From NCBI RefSeq assembly GCF_032062105.1, contig NW_026939314.1:1-64000 (forward strand): DNA of 64,000 nucleotides, written 5' to 3'. The DNA comes from Saccostrea cucullata. Taxonomy: Eukaryota. Within the stretch, counting starts at the first letter, position 1. Every line of letters begins with the position of its first letter. Both the position numbers and the translations under genes were made by a program. A model generated the notes under the pieces. The model worked only from the letters and a program-made list of their open reading frames with translations. It made no database searches and was not told where the DNA came from. This document shows, in pieces, positions 37,617 to 51,330 of this stretch.

Positions 37617-40600
37617 CTGAAAAAAATAGGCATTGTAGATTATAATTTTATATTTAAATTTATGATTCCCAAGTATAAATTACTTAAGACTAAACCCAAG
37701 CACCATTTTAATTTCTTGAATGTGAGATTTCCTTTGTATTTAAGGGAGTCGACTTTGGTTCCCATTGTGCTTTGTGCTTCATAGTAAAATGAAAAGTATT
37801 TACTTTTTAATAGCAACTTTTAACATAATTTATAGAAGTTAACAAAATTAAGAAATAATTGGTCAAAAATTGATTTACAATTTTACATTATTGATTTTTA
37901 AAACGAATTTTCAACTGATAGGAAAGTTGGCGTCGTATCTTTTAAAGCATTCTTTTGACATTATGATACATTAAAACTCTTAAGAAATGGGTCATAAAAT
38001 GTTATAAAGAAAGCATATCAAATAAAGCTCTTGAAATTCCATACTAAGGAATTTGATATTCTCTCATTATTTTTATACTTTTTTGTATAGATCCATTGTA
38101 TCTGTCATTCTTTATCAATCCATTAAACAGGGAAAAAGCAATAATATTGACATTTTAGATGCCCCCTTCTGGAAACAAGACGATAGAATTTTGTGTTTCT
38201 TGTACTTAGGTTATAATGTACATAGGTTGCAATTGCACTATTCTTCACGCAGTTTACTGTATTTAAGAAAAAAACGTTTTTATGCCTTTAGAGCAATAGT
38301 TTTAATATAGTTTAACACATTTAATACGAGTTTTTTTTGGTTATATTTGAAAATAAATACATATACAATCAAATTAAAATTAGATGTTCCGAATCCGCTA
38401 CCGCTCCTCAAACATCTAACAACATCCCATTTAGGGTCACGTCAGTATATGTATTTAAAATATGATATAATTGGCATTTGTAAAATGTATAACGTAAAAA
38501 AATCAAAACGATATTTTTTTTTAATTTTGCTGTACATACCTTTGCATTAGGAATGTGTTTATATTTAGAATTTTGTACACCATGCTTAATGAAATCGGCA
38601 CAAACTGGAAGAAGAGAAATATCAATTTTAATATTGTCCTTACTTTTCCTGATATAAAATTTATTGAAGAATTCGGTTTTTAAGGTAAACTTTTACTAAG
38701 AGGGGAAAAAAGTCTTATAAATACTGGACGTTTAATACCTATTATTCTTGTGTAAAATTTTAATTTCAACTTACTGGGTCAATAACCTACTTTCATGCTA
38801 ATAGCCGAAACTATTTTTTTTACATTATGACTAGTTTGTTCTAAAAATACAAAATATTAAATGATAAAATATTATAGCAACGGGACAGCATTGCGTTATA
38901 AAAATAAACGATAAGAGTTTCGGCCATAAACTTATTAATTATTCCAGTCCGAATTACCTCTATCATTTTTTGTATATACATGTGTATTTTTTTTTAAATT
39001 TTTAATCGAAGATTACAAAAATATGAATGATAGGAACTGTAAATTATTTACATCCACAGGTTATGTTTGCTGCCCTAATTCTAATGGTATTAATAGCATA
39101 AGTGGTAAAAATTATTGAGATATGTTGTCTGGAAATGTTATTTTTGAATTTCTTTATTTCACAGCATTCAATTCTTTGAAATAATTTGTGAGGTTTAACG
39201 TATTAAATATTTGCAAAATGTTGTTCAGAAATATGTTACATTTACTTTGTAATTACTATTTTCAAGAAATAACAATTTTTGACAAAAATGAAAAAAAAAA
39301 AATTAGTCCGAATTTCCTCTGCATTTCTAAACATAGACTTTTATTCCTGTATTTTTTCTTCAAACAATATTTTTTTTTTTATTCTTGAGTCAAAATTTGA
39401 TTATTTTATCAATATAGAATGCGCTTGCAATAAATTTTCATTTATGTCCTCTGAAACCAGCGTAAACTTAATTCTTAAGACAATATAAAGAATACATCAA
39501 CTTTTTGTCAAAAACAAGATATTTTCACATTACAAACGTTCAAAGTGTCTATCGTGAATACACTTTTAGTAATCAAGTGTGGATAAGCTTAATGATCATT
39601 TTGATAAGAGAAAGGTTTTATATCTGAAGCTTTTTTATATAAAAGATACAATTTGTATCTATTGTATCATTATAAGAGAAATGTCTTCTTATCTGATGTA
39701 TCATCATAAGAGAAATGTCTTTTTATCTGATGTATCACTATAAGAAAAATATCTTTTTATCTGATGCAACCTTGTATGAGAAATAAGCTTTATATATAAA
39801 ATATTGTTATATGTTGCATGTTTAGAGCTGTTAAAGCTATTTATTTTGACGATAAAAGGACAGGAAAAAAACAACAACTGCCAAAACAATCTATCTAATT
39901 AAAAATTAACAAGGAATGAAGTAAAAAGATGGTTAAACTAAGAAATTGCACCAGTTAACAAACGCAGGTGTTTACCTAAAGGTCACTCGATCGTTCTCGA
40001 AAGATGTATACGTTGAGTATTTATAAGTTTCTGTTTGTAAATAGAAAAAAATTACAGCTAAGGCACAAAACAGTATGGTTAGATTCCCATTTGAAACTCA
40101 AAACAGTATGGTTAGATTCCCATTTGAAGCTATGAGGAAGAAATTTACCCTTAAGTTAGAATCCATTTTTTTTTACCTATAGAAAATAATTCATCATATC
40201 TTCAAATGGCAAAAATTATCAATTTCATTATTAATATAAGAAAAATCAATTTGAATAATTTGATATTTTTCGTTGTTTTATCTGGTATGGCTGTTTTTTC
40301 AAAAAAACATGGCACGCGCGGACACCAGATAAAAAAAAAACAACTTTGAATGGCTTTATTTGACGGGTTGATTTTTATCAAATGTATCATTTCATGCGAT
40401 AGAGGCTTTTTACTAGCATCTGATCTCTGTATATCTCTGTTTTTACTTTATTTTCTTAAATTGTCTGTTATAATCTAATTTATGATTGAAATGTTCACAA
40501 ACTCACAAAAATGGTCATTCTACTTGCTATATTTTTGGGGAAAAAACGAAACACTAGCTTATCAAAGTAGGCATATTGAAATTAAAGATATCTCTCCTAT

Positions 40601-40679
40601 CAGCCGGTTATTGAACCTTAATACTTGTACTTACAGCTTTTTCTTCTCAGTCTCAATATCCCATGTTCTCTGAGCAAAC

Positions 40680-41100
40680 TGTTAATGTAATAGAGTTCCT
40701 GTTAATGTATTAGAGTTCCAATTAATGTAATGAGTTCCTGTTAATGTAATAGATTTCCTGCTAATGTTATAGAGTTTCCCGTTTTTATGATAGAGTTCTT
40801 GTTCATTTAATAGAGTTCTTGTTATTGAAATAGAGCCCCTGTTAATGCAATAGAGTTCCTGTTAATGTAATAGAGTTCCTTTTAATGTGATAGAGTTCAT
40901 TTCAATGAAATAGGTTTCTGCTTATGTAATAGAGTTCCTGTATATATTATAGATTTCCAGTTAATGTAATGAATTCTTGTTAATGTAATAGAGTTTCTGA
41001 TAATGTTAAAGAGTTCCTGTTAATGTAAAAGAGTTCCCGTTAATGTTATAAACTTACTGTTGATGTTTCAGAGTTCCTGTTAATGTAATAGAATTCTGAT
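40680..41100. repeat. 20-bp minisatellite, about 21 copies
   Basis: Unit GTTAATGTAATAGAGTTCCT. Confidence 0.9.
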
Positions 41101-41283
41101 GTATGTTATGTCTCTCGGAAAGCTGTAGCATAGATTCAAGCAGCTCTCGATTAACGATCTTTTTTTTTTACTCAGAGAGCTACAGTTCCGCATCTAGCAT
41201 ATTCAGAGCAAAAGCATTTCCGAGAATTTAATGGTAAACACGTTTTTCATGTCATATGTCCCTCTTTCTCCCTCCCCATACCC

Positions 41284-41286
<3 letters not shown>

Positions 41287-41336
<50 letters not shown>
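41287..41336. repeat. (CT)n microsatellite (also 44953-45022; (GA)n at 59329-59376; (TA)n at ~50970-51035)
   Basis: Directly visible dinucleotide runs. Confidence 0.95.
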
Positions 41337-41339
<3 letters not shown>

Positions 41340-41521
41340 ACTTACATTTATTTTAGTGTTTGACTTGAGATTAAGAGTATGTTTAGGGTATTTCGATATT
41401 CGATGTCAAATAACAGATCATCAATATTTAGAATATACAAATCTATAAACACTTATATATGTACATTGTACATTGTACATAATGGTCAATATGACCTTAG
41501 ATTTACAGCACAATTTCATAC

Positions 41522-41826
41522 ATAGTCCCTCCCCTGTTCTCATCCTTTCAATTTATTTGGTTAGTACTTTTCCTTTCTCCTCTGAGTCTAGGACGACCAT
41601 GTGAACCCCCTGCTGGTGACAGAAGTCAATGGAATTCAACATGGACGTCGGTTCCTTGTGGAAGGAGAGACACCGACCACTCACATTGACAAATCCCGGG
41701 GAGCATCTCAAAACCTCTGATCCGGAAATCCCAGGGGAACATTTCAAAGGCTCCGAATTAATGGCGATCAAAACTATATAATCATATAATCTAAATAATA
41801 CAATGGTTCAAGGGTACATTCGTCAT
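41522..41826 (-). pseudogene. C-type lectin exon, copy B (pseudogene)
   Basis: Paralog of 13085-13376 with an insertion disrupting the signal region and an in-frame TAA after KVLTK. No downstream FICE exon follows. Confidence 0.8.
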
Positions 41827-41933
41827 CTAACAGATAATGCTTAAATCTCTAATATGTTCCCACTCTTAAAATTTTATGTTTTCAAATTATATAAAATTTC
41901 ATGTACTTCAATTCACATCAACAAGTCATTGTA

Positions 41934-42979
41934 CGAGGGTTGTCCCAAAAAATCGTAGACAATGTTTATAATTTTTTAATCATGCAACCAATACTTACCA
42001 AATTTTGCAAAGACATAATATAGTCAATGTTCTTTGAAATTGTAAATTTTTAAATATATATCTTTCATATTACTAATATAAGAACGATTTATATGAAGGC
42101 TGATAAGGCCTGTCGGCGCACGGACAAAATTCGGAATAATTTACGCATATAACTATAACATTTGCTTTTATTTCTTTAGTTCTTTATAATACATTGTACT
42201 CAAATTGGAATCACTGAAACCAGAATAAAAAATCTTAATATTATGTCAAAATTTCATATAAATATCATTAGAAATAGGCGATTGGTGTCATGATTTTCAT
42301 AGTATCGTTGAAATTGAGTTTGATGAAAATGACGTCGTCAAACGCGTAGTCGGCGCACAGAGATGTAATAAATTGTGTTGGATATGGTTAATCTACATCG
42401 GAGACGGGGAAAAAAAAGAGTACAGAAGTGACATTTCACACCAGATTTTAATAAAGATGTTATTCTTAAATTGCACGATATTCAATGAGAGGTTTTTTTT
42501 CTGTACCGAAAATAGTTATTTACGGCATGTAAGAAGTAGAGTAGTGTTTGATAAACGCAGACAATTTGGAAAAATCTGGACCGCAAACGACATCAAATAA
42601 TTTGTATTCTCTGCTGCCTTCAATGTAAGGCAATCTTTCGACTAAATTTCGACTGAAATTGAATCTGCTTTAAAAAAAACAAGTAAAAAACAAACGGACA
42701 ATTGTAAATTTAAATATGTCCGTTAATCACGAGTGGTCTATCACTTTAAAAAATTATTGAATGTTAATACCCGCTAGTGAAGCAGACAAGGAGATCATGA
42801 CGTTATAAGAGACGTAATTTACGCTTGCTTTCGTGCGCCGGTGTACACTGACATTCTTTCTTTATTTTTCCATAATTTTCTTATAAGATGTGATATCATC
42901 ATGAAACTTGAAGAAATTTAATAAAGGAAAGGGAAACAAAACTGTCTTACCTGTCTACGACTTTTTGGGACAACCCTCG
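41934..42979. mobile_element. Tc1/mariner-type non-autonomous element
   Basis: TIRs CGAGGGTTGTCCCAAAAAATCGTAGAC and GTCTACGACTTTTTGGGACAACCCTCG; TA TSD; empty site CATTGTAAATATGC at ~13480. Confidence 0.9.
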
Positions 42980-43199
42980 TAAATATGCTAAAATGTCAAT
43001 GATAATGTTGAAGGAGTGGAGTTTCTTTTTATATAATGCATTTCATTTATAACGTACATATACCCTACGGTTTCAAAAATTTTTCCTACAAAAAATGGCT
43101 TAAAATTGAGCACATTTTTAAAGAAACGTCAAGCGGAGTAAAATCGTCATATTTGCTTCAGAAAGAAGACCTATTACAAACTTTCAAATAATTTAAAAG

Positions 43200-44949
43200 T
43201 AATTAAACCTGTTTGTAAAGTTAGAAAAATTTACAACTAAGGCACAAAACATGTATATGTTTTGTTTATGTTTCCGCCCAAGTCAATGTAGCAGCATTTT
43301 TACATGTGCTCGATCCTTTCCTAGCCTCACAGGAGTAAGTAATTATCCAAATTTAAATTATGAGGAAGAAATCTATGTTTAGTTACAATGAATTTTTTAT
43401 ACCTATAGAAAATTAATTCATCGAAATCATCTTCAAGCCATGTACAGAAAATTGATAATTTCAATTATTATGTTTATATAGATGATATAATATCAATTCT
43501 TTTTGAATTTAATTTATATTTGTTTGTAGTTTTTTATCTTCACGAGGTGGAATGTCAGTTCCAAAATTTTTTTCAAAAAAATCCTGTTAATTCGGCTGAC
43601 GTTTGTATGGACAAGGTCCCAGAACAAAATCAAGCAAAGAAACTTTGAATGGCTTTATTTAACGGGTTGATATTTTATCAAAATGCATCATTTCAGATGA
43701 AGTATGCAGAAGAAGAAGCTTTTTACTAGGCTGCCATCAAGGCCAGCAGAACTGTCTAAGAAAGAATTGGAAGTAGCAATCTCTGTTTTTGAGAAAGGTT
43801 TTGGAATTTTCAGATGTTTGAAAGTGTTTCTGTTATAATCTAATTTATGATATTTTGAAATGTTCACAAACTCACAAAAATGGTCATTCCCCTGCAATTG
43901 TACGCGCATTTTTGGGGATACAGAAACGTTGATTTCCGTTGTTAGGTTTTCAGACTAACACAAAGCAGGCATATTGAAAGTTAAAAAAGATGATTCCACA
44001 AAAACTTTGGAAATTCATTGAACCTTATATAACCTGGAAACAGCTTTAAATGTTATGAAAGACATCAGCCTCAATGTCCCTTGTATTGCAAACTGACAAG
44101 GGTGTAATACTGCAGTGCTAAAAGATGAAAATATAACTACAAATGCTCGCAATCCAGAGAGGGCTCTCACACAAATATAACTGTACATGGAGTTAGCCCT
44201 GAAGCTGTTAATGCTAAAGCAGCAGATCATTAACTTTACATCGTTAATGTTATAGGAAACGTTACTTTGATCTGTTTTAGCTGATGAGGTTGAATCCTTG
44301 AAAATTGATGAAATGGATAGAGTTTTTGTCCACAACTGGAATAAATGACTTTGTTAGAAAATTGCCAAAGCGTTTTAATGAAATAGATGACAACGTTAAA
44401 ATACAGTTCAACTTTTAATGTGCCTTTCCAAGTGTTGGTGAATTTCATGCGAGAAATAGGTTTCTGCTTATGATATTGGAGAAGTTCCTGTATATATTAT
44501 CCACCACAGTTAATGTCGGCACAAAAGTGAATTATTTGTTCGCAATGTAATAGCACCAGTCGTTCGAATATGTTAAAACTGACAGTGACATTTCCTAAAA
44601 GAGTTCCCGTTAATGTTATAAACTTACTGTAAGAAACCTTACAAAGAGTTCCTGTTAATTTAAAGAAAGGATATTGTCTGAAATGTTGTTACGTCATTTA
44701 AAAAAGAACTGTCATGGAAAGTGTAAAGATTTAAGCAGAACATGTCGAAATCCAGACTTCTGCAGCTTGGAAAGTCCAGAGAGCTAAGTGAATGCATGTT
44801 GCACAGAAATATGCTTGTTCGAAAATTGTGTTATGTTTCCAGAGCAAAAGCATTTCGAGAATTTACTGTCTGATAGATTTGGCATCATCATTTTTTGATG
44901 CTTTCAACATACGTGGCCCAGAGACAGAATATGTGCTATCAACATGTAC

Positions 44950-45025
<76 letters not shown>

Positions 45026-47470
45026 GACTTACATATATTTTAGATGTTTGACTTGAGATTAAAGTATGTTTGAGAGGTATATTGAACGATTTCGATGTCA
45101 AATAACAGCACACCAATATTTAGATTATACAAATCTATAAACACTTATATATGTACATTGTACATGTTTTGTACATAATTGTCAATATGCCACACATTTG
45201 ATTCCATTACAGCACAATTTCATACATAGTCCTCTCAATAGAAGACAAGAAGTTTCTTCACTTCATGGATCAAGTTTTCAATTTATTTGGTTACCCTTTT
45301 AGACAACCTTACCAGACAACCGGTCAATGGCCCTGCATAGAGCCAAGTCGTTTGATGCCAACTTGCGCTCTAACACAGAAAAGAAAAAACAAGTCGTTGC
45401 TGGTGACAGAAGAACATCAATGGAACCTGTTAAACATGGTACTTACCAATGTTCGCTGTATTCCATTGAAGAAGGAGAGACATTCGTGTGGTGTTTGACC
45501 GTCGGCAAAATATCAAGATGTGTCATTGAATTCTGTGCTTCTTCAAGGAACTTCTGAACAGTCTGGTTGGAAATCCCAGGAAAAGGAACATTTACCATGG
45601 CTACAACATATGTTTTATAATTTCAAAGTACCGATCAAAACTATATATTTCATATAACCAAAACAAACTTCAACAATGTTGATTACCAAATGACTAGACA
45701 TGTATTTGGCAATACTGCATCGCCAGCATGGCCAATTAGATAAAGCTTAGAAAATCTGACTAATATGTACCCACCTTATAAGAATTTTATGTTTTCAAAT
45801 TATATAACAATTTTACCTTGTCGCACTTCAATTCACATCAACAAATAAGATTTCATAAGTTTGTCAAACAGCAGAGAGGTGTAATGTGGACCAAAAAATC
45901 TTAGCAAAGGATTTAAAGGATTTTTTAATCATGCAACCAAGAACTTACCAAATTTTGCAAAGACACCTTTACATAAAGTCAATGTTCTTTGAAATTGTAA
46001 ATTTTTAAATATATATGGCTTTTTACATATTCAATATAAGGAAAATTTATATGAATGATGATAAGTAAAACTGTGGGACGACCCATTACCAAAACTGTAC
46101 AACAAATGGATCTCATATAACTCTATAACATTTGCTTTTATTTCTAGAATGTACAGCGATATTCTTTATAATAGAGAGGTTTTGTACTCAAATCAAAGAA
46201 TGCAGTGGCAGCAACTCAAGTTGTGTGAAGAAAAAATCTACAATCAGCTTTCTATAGGTCAAAATTTCATATAACATATCATTACAAATAGGCTTAGAGT
46301 TGTGTGCATGATTTTCATAGTATCGTTGAAATTGAGTTTGATGAAAATGAACAACTTTCTTCACTGATAGTCAAGTTGTCGGATATATTTCCAATGAAAC
46401 AAGGAGGTTTTAATTTGTGTTGGATATGGTTAATCTTTTTAGCCAACCATCGCAATAGCATCACGTTAGAACAGAATGTAATCCTGCAGATGTAGTGACA
46501 TTGATCACACAACTTAAAGATTCAGCATGGCTTAAATTGCACTGATATACCAATCAGAGGTTTGAACTTGTTAATCCGAAAATAGTTAATTACAGAAGCA
46601 CTAGCTGCAAGCAAGAAGTGGACACAGAAGTTTGATAAACATCAAACCGCTTTTCGGAAAATTTTCATCTTGCAAACAGACTGGTAGGAAATAATTTAAG
46701 TATTCTCTGCTGCAAAGTAAGGCAATCTGTTAGATTTGATCATCCTCAGTTGTTAAGGGACAGTGAACTTGCAATAATTGCGTGTGTTCAAAGAGAGAGT
46801 TATATGGAAGAAATGAAGAAAATGAAAGAGTCAGGCAGAATTCTACACAACAGTACCATCCTATCTCTCTCTCCTGTGTTGGACAGTGAAGGTGTTCACT
46901 TTAAAAAAAGTGAATGAAGCAGAACTAGTGAAGCAGGCAACAGCGCAACCCAATAATTCATGACGTTAAAAACCATCATGTCAGTCACTTGCTTATTTTA
47001 CTTTCATTCAGAAGTCACCGGTGTACACTGCCATTTCACAGAGGGTGCTTTTGCGGCAGGATAATTTTGTTATGAAGAGAAAAGTTTCCTCTTTCATCAG
47101 TGTGATGTGATCATCATGAAACTTCAGTCAACAAAAGAAGTGCATGCTTATAAAATGTTACCCTTTGATACATTTGCTATGACAAGGCACAAAGAAATTT
47201 AATAAAACAATGGGGAAACAAAACTGTCTTACCTGTCTAGTGACGACTTTGAGATTGGGACAACCACAAGTTCGTCTTTTAAATGCGCTAAAATGTCATT
47301 ATGATAATTTTGAAGGAGTGAGTTTCAATTTTGTATCAGATAATTTGCATTTCAAAATTTATAACGTACATATACTTTCCTACGGTTTCAAAAATTTTTC
47401 CTACAAAAAATGGCTTAAAATTGAGCACATTTTTAAAGAAACGTCAAGCGTATAAAATTCATATTTGCTT
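43200..47470 (+). mobile_element. BEL/Pao LTR-retrotransposon gag-pol fragments finely interleaved with a copy of 40030-43140 (probable consensus chimera)
   Basis: Pao motifs appear in the correct order: LPFRQ..LPDNRSMALHRAKSFDANL (45290-45365), IRVVFD (45482), DYQMTRHVFGNTASPA (45681-45727), WDDPLP (46074), GYISNETRRF (46381), NPAD (46480), LSLSPVLDSEG (46861) and HFTEGA (47032). Confidence 0.75.
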
Positions 47471-50400
47471 GCAAGAAAGAGAGACACATATTACAAACTT
47501 GACAGAAATAATTGTTAAAAGTAATTAAACCTTCCCCTTTTTTTGTTTTAACCTTTTCATTATTGGAAAAAGGTGATTTTTAAAGTTTTTCCGGTGTAAC
47601 AATCCAATTGCAAAAACGTGAAAAGGGATGCTCAAGGAATACAAGCCTTGGATGTGATCCTTCTCAAAGACGAGTTTGAAATGAATGCATTGGATATTTT
47701 TTTAACCGTAAATAAATAATTAAATGGAAAACAAGTTTTGTGAAACAATTAGCAGATCTCTTTGTTGAAAGTTAGAAATAATATTTTTTGTCATTTTGTG
47801 TACAAGATGATAATGTGTCATATAGACAAATGTTACATTAACTCTCTTTACGTAACAGTTAGTTAAATATTCATAACGTAATGAAGCCATTTTTGTGTAA
47901 ACATGATAATATATCATAGTTAGAGCAACGGTAAAGGTTTTATTCTAGTTTTAACTTGTCAAAAAGAGAGGACAGGTAAGGGTTTTATTTTAGATTTGAC
48001 TTTTTTTAATTTATAGGCATATATGTATATTATGATACTGTTAAATTCACATGTCTGGATAATTTTTTTGAAATGAAATTTATTTATAGTCATGTCGAGA
48101 AATTATTGATAATGTCAATTATTTTTATTGTAATCAAATATATTTGTCAATGTTTATCTTTTTAAAATTTATAAAGTTATGAAAAACTCTTCACGAAATG
48201 TCAGTTCCAAAATAAATCATGAAACATTATTCCCCTTTTTTGTTTTAACCTTTTCATAAAAGGTGATTTTTAATATTTTGACATGTAACAATCCAACTCA
48301 ACAGGAATTTTGCTACAATCGGAAGGCCTCTTGACATTACTTTGAAATGAATGCATTGGGTATTTCTTTAACTGTAAATAAATAATTAAATCCAGGAAAC
48401 AACTTCAGCAACTCTCTTTGAAAGATGAAATAACAACTGAGTCATTTTGTGTAAACACGATAATGTGCCATATAGAGAGGAAAATGTTATAACTCTCTTT
48501 AACTATCTATTTTTGAAAACATTTTTTAAATTAAATTTTATTGTAGTTTTAACTTGTATAAATAAAAAGGGTTTTCATTTCTAGATTTGACTTTTTTTAT
48601 AGGCATATATGTATTTTTAGTTCACAAATAGTATGAATTCTTTTGACTGAAATTTATGTTAGATATCCGATTTGAATAACTGATATTTTTACTGTAATCA
48701 AAACAGCAAATTATCTCAAATAAAGTTATGAAAAACTCTTGAAGTAAAACCTGAGATAAATCATGAAGAGTTATTCATTTTAAAAGCCTTTTACCTTTTG
48801 TGACATGAAATTAGACATAAGTAACATCTTTTTAAAAAGCTTTTCTAAATCAATCAATATCTGCGTGAGAAGGGATAAACATCTGGAGCATTAGCTTAAT
48901 GGGTTTAAAATATGTACTAAATATTTATTCTGAAAACCTTGTGTAAATGAAACATCATTGTATTTAACTTATAGAAAAAAATAATTTCTACACTGCAAAC
49001 TGAAGAGTTGTTATTCTGTGGGTGTTTTCTTCAAGTGGGGCGATATGCCCTTGGATCTAAATTGATTTCAAACTGCATCGTAACACCTATTGTAAAATAT
49101 GTTATCAAGTCCTGAATTGTAAACATTTTAAAAGATGGATATAATTTGATGCACATTTTTTTTAATTGTATTTTCTCAACTGAAGGAAACAGTAGTAATT
49201 TGTGTTCATTAATATGTTTTTCATAAAAAGGGAGAGGGCGGGGGTAAAGTAAGAAAAATCCAAGATTTTGCACTAGTTTCTTATTTATTGTATACATCTG
49301 AACAAAGATATATGATAGATCATGCATCTGGATACCATGACATGGTATCCAGATGATCATGATTCTATGTCTAAATTTTCATATTGAAATATGTTCAATG
49401 GCAATCACTATATAAATTCAATCAATGAGTTATACATTTATTTAGTTATTGCGTTAATTTGTTTTGGATACTTATTTATCAGCAAGATACTATATTTTGA
49501 TAAGTGTTTTGTATAAATCATTCTTTTATTATAGCTCATGAATAATAGTCTCTAATAAAACATTACCAAATTCTAGAGAATTTGGCGTTCAATATCTTGA
49601 CGTTTTATTGAATCCTGAGTTTTATATCGTGTACGAGTATGCCCGAAACATTCCGAATACGAGCGTTCATTATCGAACGCCCCGTTATAAATAAAAGAGT
49701 CGTCTGACCAAATTCTCTGAGTTAAATTAAAAAAAGATAGTGGCATTTGAGTAAGATGTCTTAATTATTCACACAAAAATAAAATACTGATTAAAACTTT
49801 AGTACACATTAAACATGTTAAACCCATTAAAACATAAAAAAGCAAATCATAACGCTCGGGGGGTCATCAGAATGATGCAATATTGAACACGTCCAGCACA
49901 GGCTTTAGTTTGAATGCTGATACATAAAATATGAGGATATGTTACAGATATCTAATAAAGGAGTTAATGAACATATATTGGTGAATATTTGCACAAATTG
50001 GCTGTTCAAATGCACAAGCTTGAATACAAATATTGTATATATTGCTGAGGTTTTATACTTTGATTTTTGAAGGACAAGTTATAAAGAAAAATATGTCTAT
50101 TTATTTATTGGATTTTCAAAACCTGCTGAATCTTTAACACTGTGTTGTCGTGTCTTTAAATAGATTACATATCTTTAATGAAGTGAACCTTTGTTTTCAC
50201 CAAAAAAATAAGTTCACAAAGATAAGACGGCATTCAGTAGATAACGTCATAGTAATTTAGTTGATGCAAAATTAAAAATTTGAACCAAATTAAATGTAGA
50301 GTTATCTCTCTTGTCTAAGTAAAAGGCTGGAAGTAATCTTTTTTAAATTATCGAATCGATACAGCTTACGTTATGAGTTAAATGGAATTTCACAACGTAT

Positions 50401-50629
50401 TTTTTTTTAAAATCATATCAGCGTGAATCATAAGGAAAGTTGGTAATACAGACATATACAAACTTGATTTTTCTTTTTAAATAGCTATCGATAAACGAGG
50501 ATGGTCTATTGCAAGTACATATAAGACTACTATTATCTTATTAATGACATTGCGTAAGTTTTGATAATAAAACTGATTTAAACGAATTTTATAAGACAAA
50601 ACATTTTTAATTCGTCAAAATGAGAGAGA

Positions 50630-50972
50630 GAAAAGAAAGATATGGAAATAACGAATAGTATTCAATATCAAAGTCCATAAAACAATACAGAATAGGAGCA
50701 TAGCAAACACGGACCTCCGAAGCATCAGAGGTGTGATCAGGTGCCATAGAGTAGTGAGCATCCACTGCTGACCTGTCACAGCCGTTGTGTGCTCCTTGTC
50801 GTGAAATAACGGAAAATCCGTCGTCAATTCAGTGTAAAAATAATGGACTAACAATTAGTATGAAGACGTCAGTCGGCATTTGTCTCAATGATAAATTGTA
50901 TTTGCTGACAATATCATTGTATCGACGATAGAATTTTTACGAAGGGCAAGCTCTTACGTATCGAATCAACAA

Positions 50973-51018
<46 letters not shown>

Positions 51019-51330
51019 TATATATATATATATATACTTACCGTATGCAGATAATAAAGGTATATTGCTGCATAAGTAAGGGAAGTTAACAATAAAAAAG
51101 TTTAAGTCATCAAGTTTATCATATAGCTTGTTAGATTACCATTAACGTTCTTTTCAAGTAAAATATCCAAGTATGAAACATGTGTGTCTCAAACACACCA
51201 AAATATATCGTATATACGTAGGAATGGAAATTACCATTGTTTATGGACAATACGCCGTCGATATATCTAAATTTCATTTCATTTCATTTCACGCTTTAGA
51301 TTTTGCACAAATTCTGCTTCATATGAACAT
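50630..51330 (-). mobile_element. Penelope-like RT 3' fragment (duplicated copy), interrupted by (TA)n
   Basis: Paralog of 17230-17982. Confidence 0.8.

Noticed and set aside
44792-45116. SLSLSL and ERERER ORFs
   Set aside because: These are translations of a (CT)n microsatellite within the blended region.
43200-47470. Intact BEL/Pao retrotransposon or a third functional lectin gene
   Set aside because: There are no LTRs or continuous ORF; motifs are broken every few codons by sequence from 40-43 kb.
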